The notes below the pieces were generated by a model, which ran no database searches, was not told where the DNA came from, and worked only from the letters and a program-made list of their open reading frames with translations. 64,000 nucleotides of DNA, from contig OX597817.1 of NCBI GenBank assembly GCA_951406725.2, forward strand, positions 145,514,001-145,578,000, in the 5' to 3' direction. Each line of letters starts with the position of its first letter. The first letter of the stretch is position 1. Of the stretch, positions 13,901-24,300 are shown in pieces. The translations under genes were made by a program, and so were the position numbers. The stretch comes from Octopus vulgaris. Taxonomy: Eukaryota.

Positions 13901-15327
13901 ATATATATATATATAATCTACTTTCAGTTTCTAGTTTGTTTTCATTTCATTACACTTGTGTAAGGTTTTTTTTTACTGTAGCCTTAATTTCAAATGTTGT
14001 TGGCTGCTTTTGAAAGACTAGAACAGTTGTCAACATCCAGTATTTTGTTGCCAATAAAATCTTTCAAAAATTACTTACTGAGAATCTTTTATCTTAAAAT
14101 GAATTATGATTTCCTTTTTTTTTTTCTTTCTTTCTTTCTTCCTTAATAGGATGGTAACCTTCTGGTTACTTCAGCATCATGGGGAACACCTCTTTCTTCT
14201 TTGTGGAAAAGTTTAGACAGACTTGAAAACCAGTAAGTCCTTTTTATGTTTCACTGTCCAGTATATATACATTACTGTTTTTAATGATTTGAGAAAGCTG
14301 AAATCAAATAATCAAGTGTCTGTTGTATTAAAGCAACATGAAAATAAATTTAGTAAAGTTTATTTGCCAACAGAATGTGGCAGTCCTATACAAGGATGAT
14401 GTTACTGTTGTTCAGCCCCAGGAAAACATCTTTTCCAACTGGCTACCGACACACTGTTTGAGTTCATATAGTCATCGCTCCTATCTCCAGCCTTTGTGAT
14501 ACAGACCTAGGTTTCTGGGTTGTTTCCCGTCCTCAGTGCGAGATAATCACAGGCTTTGACTTGCTCATACTGTATACTTTTTAAGCGACAGACAGTTGCT
14601 GATCTTGTAAAGAGAAAAACAGCTAGTTTTAAATCTCTGAGCAAGAGATATGCAGTAACAGTACCGAATTGTAGAGTTTGTTTGCCAACAGGATGTGGCA
14701 GTCCTATACAAGGATGACATTGCTGTTGTTTAGCCCAGCAAAAGCATGGAAAACTAGACATCAAAACGAGAATGATGATGATGTGTGTGTGTGCATGCGT
14801 GCGCATATATTATTTTGTCAGTGAAAATGTCTGATGTTCCCAAAACAATCAAAATTATGCTTTCAAAGTGTTTGATGACATGTCTTGAATGGATGTCTCC
14901 TTTCGTAATTTTCAGGAAAAATTTCCCTGAAGACAATTATATGGAATTTAGCAAAAAGGTGCAGGATAAACTCATTGGAACGCGGGAAGAGAAAGCTTAT
15001 GTAAGTATATTTGGGAATGATTATGTGTATACATGCAGATTTCTTTTTTTTTTTTCCTTTTTTTTCACCTCCAAACATGCAAGGCACATGGCCTCATAGT
15101 TAGTGTTTCACTCAGTCATAAGCTCGTGGTTTTAAGTGCAAAACCAGGAAGTGCATTGTGTTCTTGAGCAAAACACTCCACTTCATGTTGTTCCAGTCCA
15201 CTCAGCTGGGAAAGATGAGTTTCTTTGCAATGGACTGGCATCCCATTCAGGGATAACATTGTGATTTCAGTCACTTATCCAGTAATGGTGATGAATTGTG
15301 TTGCTGAATGACAGGAAAATTTGAATA

Positions 15328-15359
<32 letters not shown>

Positions 15360-18300
15360 ATTATTTGAGGGGAATATTATTCCTAACTTACAGGGAAAAA
15401 TTCAATTTAGAAATACTAAATTAAATTTCACAAAATATAATATATATATAAAAATTAGAAAAAACACCTTTTATCAATTCAAAATGAACAATTAAGTTAC
15501 ACCATCTAGAAAATTACATATAGAAATATTAAAATAAGAATAATATACCTTTAAGTAAATTGCAAAATATATATACGTTTTTATTATTATTATTATTATT
15601 ATTTTGCAATTTACTTAATCATAGGTATATTATTCTTATTTTAATTTTAATATTTCTATTATATGTAATTTTGTAGATGGTGTGACTTAATTTTTCATTT
15701 TGAATTGATAAAAGGTGTTTTTTTTTCTAATTTTTATATATATATATATATATGGTACATAAAAAACACCCATTACCCTCTCAAAGTAGTTGGCATTAGG
15801 AAGGACATCCTGCCATAGAAACCAAGCCAAATCAAACTGAAATCTGGTGCAGTTCTCCGTCTTAGCAGTTCCAGTCAAACCATCTACCCATGCCAGCATG
15901 GAAAGCAGATGCTAAATGATGATATACACCAGTGGTCAGTGAGGAAGTGAGACAGAGATGAGAGAGGGCTTTTTTTTTTTCCATGCATGTTTTTAAATAA
16001 ACAAGGTGATAAATGGTGTTGGTGAATGATAGAATTGTAAGTTAGATAACCAAAAATTTCTGAGCTTACTTGGAAATGGAATAACTTACCCTATGAGTTC
16101 TAGGACTCAAAATACAATATGTCCAAGGATTGATAATGAAAATCATGCAAGCTCTTGCCAGCTGTTCTCTCTCATAACAGAAATCCTAGGCACATAAAAT
16201 TCTTCCATCACTTTACACATCCAAGTTGTGATAGATCTACAAACATGTCATGTTTTTTGTTTATTATTTAATCCTTGTATTAAACGACTTATAGTTATGT
16301 CATCTTCTCTTTTATGAACATATCACACTGTTCTGTTCTCACTAGCATAGCTGGGTAGTGGCAGTCCTCCCTTGGTGGCACTTTTGGGTTTGCTATAGGC
16401 AATATGTTTTTGTGGGGTCCAGGGACAGCACAAACTCTAGCTACACTAGTGTCCGTTCTTGCTATATTTTGTATAGATATATTTAATTAAGTATTTTTTG
16501 TCAGGTATTTTAAAGCAGTACTTCTCAAACTTTTTTAACTATTGGCTCTTTTGTACTAACAATTTTTCAATGCCTCCTTACAATATTTTTGTTGATATTA
16601 TATTTTACTATCCTACTTTAGACAATACAGCATTTTTTGCTCTAACTATACTGATTTATTATTTTAGATAGTGTGGAGTTCTGTATTGTTTGACAGTACA
16701 AAACCATACTCTACTTTAGAGAATTTTAGGATCTTTACCTTTTGACCTACAGATTTTAAAAATAATTTTTTGTAACTTAACACTTTCAAACTTCAGACAC
16801 TGGTAGAATGTGTCATATAAAACATCTTTTACTCTTAGCATTTTTGAGAAAAACTTATATTTACGAAGTTATTTCTCGTTAAAGTTGTCCTATTTCGGTA
16901 ATTTCAACCAATTAATGACATGTATTCAGCTGAATAAAATTACTGCCTTTGTTTGTCAATAACAACTATCAGCAGTGTATTTTTCGTTTGTCACTGTTAT
17001 TTATGACATGGTTCGTGCATTTGTACTGGTTTTAGGGTTAGGTTTGTCATAAATATCAGTGACAAATGAAATATACACCGCCGGAAGTTCTTGTTGACAA
17101 ACAACGGCAGTAATTTTATTCTGCTGAATACACATCATTGATTGATTGAAATTACTGAAATAGGACAACTTTAACGTGAAATTACTTTGTAAATATGTTT
17201 TTCTCAAAAACACTAAGAGTGAAAGATGTTTTATATGACACATTCAACCAGTGTCCAAAGTTTGGAAGTGTTTAGTTACAAAATATTATTTTTTATATCT
17301 GTAGGTCAAAAGGTAAAGATCTGAATTTTAATACAGAAAATATTTTACTATAGCTTCAGAATACTAAAATATCTCTCTTTAGATAGTGTAATGCTTTGGT
17401 TGTTTCTGTATTAAATCTTTTCATATGTTCGGTTTCCTTATTTAACTTGCAAATGTATTTCTTCTCCTTAGATCTACGACATAAACACAGGTCAGCAAAT
17501 AATGGAAATATTTGATCAAGAAAAGGCCAACTACTACACATCAAACCGAGCCACATTTGACCCCTCTGATGATCTGGTGCTTAATGATGGTGTGTTATGG
17601 GACGTAAGAGTTGGTAAAGCTGTACATAAATTCGATAAGTTCAACGCAGCAATAAGTGGACTTTTCCACCCAATGGGGCTGGAGATCATCATTAATTCAG
17701 AAGTTGTATCCTTTATCAAATTGAAACAAAATGCATAGATTTCTTTTATTTTTTTTATCTCTCACTTGTTTCAGTCATTTAGATTGCAGCCATGCTGGAG
17801 CACTGCTGTGAAAAATTTTAGTCAAATGTATCAACCCCAGTATTTTTTTTTTAAACCTGTTACTTATTCTATCATTCTCTTTTGCCAAACTGCTAAGTTA
17901 TGGGGATGTAAATACAGCAATACCCATTAAGTGATGTTGAGCAAGGGGACACGTATACGTGTGTGTTTATATATGACAGGCTTCTTTTAGTTTCCATCTG
18001 CCAAATCTGCTCACAGGGCTTTGGTTGCCTTGAGTGTTTTCAGGACAACCCTGAAACATGTAGTTGAGAAGCAAGCTTCTTACCACATAGCCATGTCATG
18101 AATTTGTGTCCTTATGAGTGAAGCTGTGTCCTTCATCTCCAGTCTTCTGTGAATGTGTCTGATCCAACCTATGCAAGCATGGAAAGTGGACATTAAAACA
18201 ATTATAATGATAAGCACAGTCATGGCTGTCTTATTACAAAGTTAGCTTTACAACCACCTGGTTTTCTGTTCAGTCTTGCTGTAGCAGTGATTCTCAACTG

Positions 18301-21300
18301 GAATCCTTATAAGATTTTGTTGTTAAAATTTATGTGAAATAAATTATTTGTACTTCTACAATTCACAAAATGTTTTATCTTTTATACAATTCCTAATAAT
18401 ATTATAAAAATACATGTTGGACGATTTTGACTGAGGACTGGCGAACCAGATGGCTGCACCAGGCTCCAATCTTGATCTGGCGGTTTCTACAGCTGGATGC
18501 CCCTCCTAACGCCAACCACTCCGAGAGTGTAGTGGGTGCTTTTACGTTCCACCGGCACGAGGGCCAGTCAGGCAGTACTGGCAACAGCCACGCTCAAATG
18601 GTGTTTTTTACGTGCCACCTGCACAGGAGCCAATCCAGCGGCACTGGCAATGACCTAGCTCAAATGTTTTTTCACGTACCACCAGCACAAGTGCCAGTAA
18701 GGCGACGCTGGTGACGATCACGCTTGAATGCGCTGGTAATGATATAGGCTAAAAATGATTAAGAACCACTGTGCTGTATCCTTGTCTTCTAGTGTAGTCT
18801 TCAGTCAAACAATGCCTTGTGAGTGAACTTGGTAGATGGGAATTTTGAAGAAGCTCATCATGAATGTGTGTGAGAGAGCATTAAATGTCAATACAAAGTG
18901 TTGTTATCGGCAGCATCTGAATGGCAAACAGTGACATTGTTTACTTTCTCTGTTGAATAAATGCTCCGTAGTTTAGCAGCTGTGTATCAATTGGCAGAAC
19001 AAAAATAAACAAACACCTAACTTGGAAAACAATTAGGGATTGGTCGCAGGAGAGAGACATAAAAACAGCAATGATGGTGTGCCATGGCATTGATGTTTTG
19101 TCATCATCATCGCTTAACGTCCGTTTTCTATGCTAGCATGGGTTGGATGGTTTGACCGGGGTCTGGGAGGCAGGAGGCTGCACCAGGCTCCAGTCTGATC
19201 TGGCAGTGTTTCTACAGCTGGATGCCCTTCCTAACGCCAACCACTCTGTGAGTGTAGTGGGTGCTTTTTATGTGCCTGGCGGGGCTGGCAACGGCCACGA
19301 TTTATGGTGCTTTTTACGTGCCACCGGCACAGAGGCAGTCGAGGCGGCACTGGCAATGGCCACGTTCAGATGGTGCTTTTTACATGCCACCAGCACTGGT
19401 ATCACAACTACAATTTCCATTGATTTTTATTTTGATTGATTTCGATTTTTTGTGTTGATCTATAATATACAGATAGTAATGAAGTTGTTGTTTTAACCAT
19501 AGTAATGTTGACTATAACACATGTTCCTTAACAATTTGTTCAGTGGGATATGAGAACATTTAGACTTCTTCATACTGTACCTAGTCTTGACCAATGTCAG
19601 CTGAACTTCAACTACACAAATGAAATAATTTATGGCAGTAAGTACTTGTCTCTTTTACTAAGTCCTATTTATATCCTAGTTTAAATGTATTTCTTTTTCA
19701 AATAAACATGGCTCTCCAGTTAAGAAGTTTGCTTCCAAACCACAATGTTTCAGGTTCATTTTCACTGAATGGTACTTTGGCCAATTGTCTTGGGCTATAA
19801 GGTCAAACAAATCCTTGTGAGTGGATTTGGTTGTGAAAAACTAAAAAAGAAGTTTGTGTGTGTATGTCTTGATGGTTCTAAATGGATGTTGCTGCCATAA
19901 AAATGATGTCATTTGTTTCTAAACTTCCATGAAAATATGGACAATAATCTGTTGTGTCTGGGGAGAGTCATTTTCTTTTTGTGCCTTATAATATAACACA
20001 CTCACCAGTAAAATTTCTACTTTTTTCTTATTTTTATTTTCCGCAAATTTTCCTTGCATCTTGCAATCTTTCCAATAGTTTTGACTTTTTAGGAAAATAA
20101 AAATAAGAAAAAAGTGGAAATTTTACCGGTGAGTGTGTTATATTATAAGGTACAAAAAGAAAATGACTTTCCCCAGACACAACAGAATATGCTTCAACAC
20201 ACAAACACATATAAAGAATCTTGCAAACCAAATCCAAAAATGAAATATGGACAATAATATTTCCCATGAAAATGTTTCATAGGAAATACTCCCTTGCTTG
20301 GAAACAAGAGTTAGTAACAAAAAGGGCATCCATCCACAGAAACTCAACAAGTCCTAACTAACCCATCTTCATCATCATCATCATCCAAACGATTGTGACT
20401 TGGTAGCAAGTACCGAACTTTTGCTGTTTTAGGTGCCTGTGTAGTTGGACGCCCTCTTGATCTTGCCACTCTAGAGCCAGCAAAATATGAAGGATGTGGC
20501 AAGTGGAAGGAGAATGGGCTGCACCAGCATGGCCGGTACTACTCATTTCCAGCTAAGTGGATTTGGAACAATGTGAAATGATGTGCTTTGCTACCCTGGC
20601 AGCTTTTGAACCCAAAACTCTAACCTCTAGGTCATGTACATCATCATCATCATCATCGTTTAACGTCCGTTTTCCATGCTAGCATGGGCTGGACGGTTCG
20701 ACTGGGGTCTGGGAAGCCAGAAGGCTGCACCAGGCTCCAGTCTGATCTGGCAGTGTTTCTACAGTTGGATGCCCTTCCTAACGCCAACCACTCCGTGGGT
20801 GTAGTGGGTGCTTTTTACGTGCCACCGGCAGGGATTGTGTACAGATTGTGTAAAAGTGCTATGATAGCTTATCATTTTCATTTAACATACATTTTCAATG
20901 CTGGCATGGGTTGGACGGTTTGACAGGAGTTGGCAAGCCAGAGAACTGCACAAGGCTCCATTGTCTAGTTTAGTGCAGTTTCTATGGCTGGATGCCTTTT
21001 TAAATGCCTACCACTTCACAGTGTGTACTAGGTGCTTTTTACTTGGTATTAGCATCAGTGCTTTTTACAAAGCATAAATTGGATCGTAAAGTGACCCGCT
21101 GTTCTTGAGAAGACCTATAGAGTCAAGTATCTCATCACCAACATCAAATGGAAATTGTAGTTAAGATACCCGTGCCAGTGACACACAAAAAGCACCGTCT
21201 GAACATGGCAGATGCCAGCGCCGCCTGACTAGCATCAGTGTCGGTGGCACGTAAAAGCACCAACCGATCGTGGCCGTTTGCCAGCCTCCTCTGGCCCCTG

Positions 21301-24300
21301 TGCCGGTGGCATGTAAAACGCACCCACTACACTCACAGAGAGGTTGGCGTTAGGAAGGGCATCCAGCTGTAGAAACACTGCCAGATCAGACTGGAGCCTG
21401 GTGTAGCCTCCTGGCTTCCCAGACCCCGGTCGAACCGTCCAACCTATGCCAGCATGGAAAACTGACGTTAAACGATGATGATGATTAGCTACAGGAAAGT
21501 TGTGAAGACAAAGAAAATGGTGTTTTTGTTGCTTTTTTTCCTCCTTCCACTAATTTCTTCCTACCATTCTCTGCGTTTTGTGTGTGTTAATATATTTTTG
21601 TTTGTTTATTTTGTAAATGATGTGTATTAGTAAATGCGTTTCTGTCTCTCCTTCAGCAATACACATGTTAGATGAGCGTCGACGGGACAAGCGGTACAAC
21701 AGCATATATGCTTCTACATTCAGAACATTTGATTCTCGAGACTACAGCTGCATATGTAAGTAAACTGGTTTATTGATTGTTGTGTAATATTGTATAGAGT
21801 TGGAGCTATACTTTCTGTGTGTACATGGCAGTGGTTCTCTTCGTCTGCACCTACAGCATAATGTAATTGTGGTAGTGGTGGGATGTATTTTCTATACTCT
21901 TTACTCTCTTTTACTCTTTTACTTGTTTCAGTCATTTGACTGTGGCCTTGCTGGAGCACCACCTTCAGTCAAGCAAATCGACCCCAGGACTTATTCTATC
22001 GGTCTCTTTTGCCAAACCACTAAGTTACGGGGACGTAAACACACCAGCATCGGTTGTCAAGCAATGTTGGGGGGACAAACACAGACACACAAACATATAC
22101 ACACATACATATATATATACACGACGGGCTTCTTTCAGTTTCCATCTACCAAATCCACTCACAAGGCTTTGGTCGGCCTGAGGCTATAGCAGAAGACACT
22201 TGTCCAAGGTGCCACACAGTGGGACTGGACCCAGAACCATGTGGTCGTAAGCAAGCTACTTACCACACAGCCACTCCTACACCTATGGTTACTTTTCCTC
22301 ATTACCTTTGGCATTTTTTCCTTATCATCATTATTATTATTATCCAATACTAGTTTATCACTTGAAAACAGAAGGGCAAATACCAAGATGGAAAGAAAAT
22401 GGATGTAAATTTCCCTCTTTGGGCTACATAAATTGTTTGCAATTGTTCATTTACATACACCTCCCTGTAACTTGGGGGCACACGCCAACACACCTTCTTC
22501 ACCATCTCTCTCTCTTTTCCCAACGGGAGTAGCCATGTATCACCTTTACTGCAAGACATCTGTTTCTCTCGCTCTATCACACTCTAACTTCTCATCACCT
22601 TGAATGAAGCCACCCACCTCCATACTAATCCCCACTCAGTTGGGGTCTCGTCCTGCAATTTACCTAGTGACCTCACTGGTGCTTGTTCCACTTAACAAGC
22701 ATCCAGTACACTCTGTAAAGTATTTGGTCTTAAGAAGGGCATCCAGCCATAGAAATCATGCCAAAAGCAGATGGAGCCTGGCATAGTCTTCAGGATTTCC
22801 AGCTCTTATCAAACTATTCAGAATCACTCCTCTTCTACACAGTTTGAAGCACCATGTTTCATTCATACATTTTGTCTTTGGCATGGTTTCTATGGCTGGA
22901 TCTCCTTCCTATTACACCAACCACTTTACAAAGTGTACAGTGCATGCTTGTTTAACATCTGATTTTCCATGCTAGCATGGGTTGAATGGGGACTTTTTTG
23001 GAGCAGTCTTTTACAGTTATGTGCCCTTCCTTTTAGGAACCCTTACATGTTTTTTTTTTTTTTGCAAATAAGTTTTTATTCCGCTGGTATTTGAAAGTAC
23101 AGAATAACTGCTCATAATGTCAGCAAGGAACATAAACACCATATCAACATTTCACTCAGACAATGACAAGTGAGAGCTGTCACACACACACCCGTTGTGT
23201 GAGTATAATGGAGTTCAGTGTAATTAGTAAATGTATGTATTTATAAATTTACTTGAATCAATAGAAAAAGTATGAACGTTAACACTGGAAAACATCAGTG
23301 TAGACCAGTGGTTCCCAAACTTTTTTTTGGCAGTCAGGTCACATTCCTAGGGCTCTCCCTCCTCCCCCACTCACCGCCATAAGTGTAGAACATTTTCTGC
23401 AGCAAATCCAAAACAACTCTTTCAAAAAACTTAACCTAACTAACCCATCATTTTTTTCAGCCACTCCATTATTGCCCTGTTTTTCTTCGACATCCCCCTG
23501 ATGAGGGACAGCACTTTGGGAACCACTTATGTAGACTGTCAGTTATATACTGAATACCAAAATCAAATACAGTATTACTATATCTGCAACATTCTGTTGA
23601 CAGAAGCTACATGCAAATGTCCTATAATCACATGTGGGCATGACAAACATACATGTAATATTATTTTTATAAGATAGAATAAATGTTTATTTATGTTTAA
23701 TTAGTATAGAGTAAAATAGTAAGACAGTTTTTTATATATTTAAACCAACCTATATATTCTATTTGTTTTATGTTCAAACTGGCCAGGTCTTGGCTCTTGC
23801 ACCTATCCTACAATGTCATTCTAAAAATACAAGTATGAGAAAAAAGTTTGTGTGCCATCATCATTTAACATCCGCTTTCCATGCTAGCATGGGTTGGACG
23901 AGTGACTGAGGGCTGGCAAACCAGATGGCTGCACCAGGCTTCAATCTTGATCTGGCAGAGCTTCTGCAGCTTGATGCCCTTCCTAACACCGACCACTCTG
24001 AGAGTGTAGTGGGTGCTTTTACGTGCCACCATATAGAATAGGATATATATATACATACACACACAAATGGGGCCAGTCAGGCGGTACTGGCAATGACCTC
24101 GCTCGAATCTTTTACACATGGCACAGGTGCCAGTAAGGCAATGCTGGTAACGATCACGCTCGAATGGTGTCTTTTAAATTCCACTGGCACTGAAGCCGAT
24201 TAGCCGCTCTGTCAATAATCTCACTCATATGGTGTTCTTTGCTTTGCACACACACAACAAAAATATTAACATGGTGCACGGATTTTTTCCTCAACCTAAT

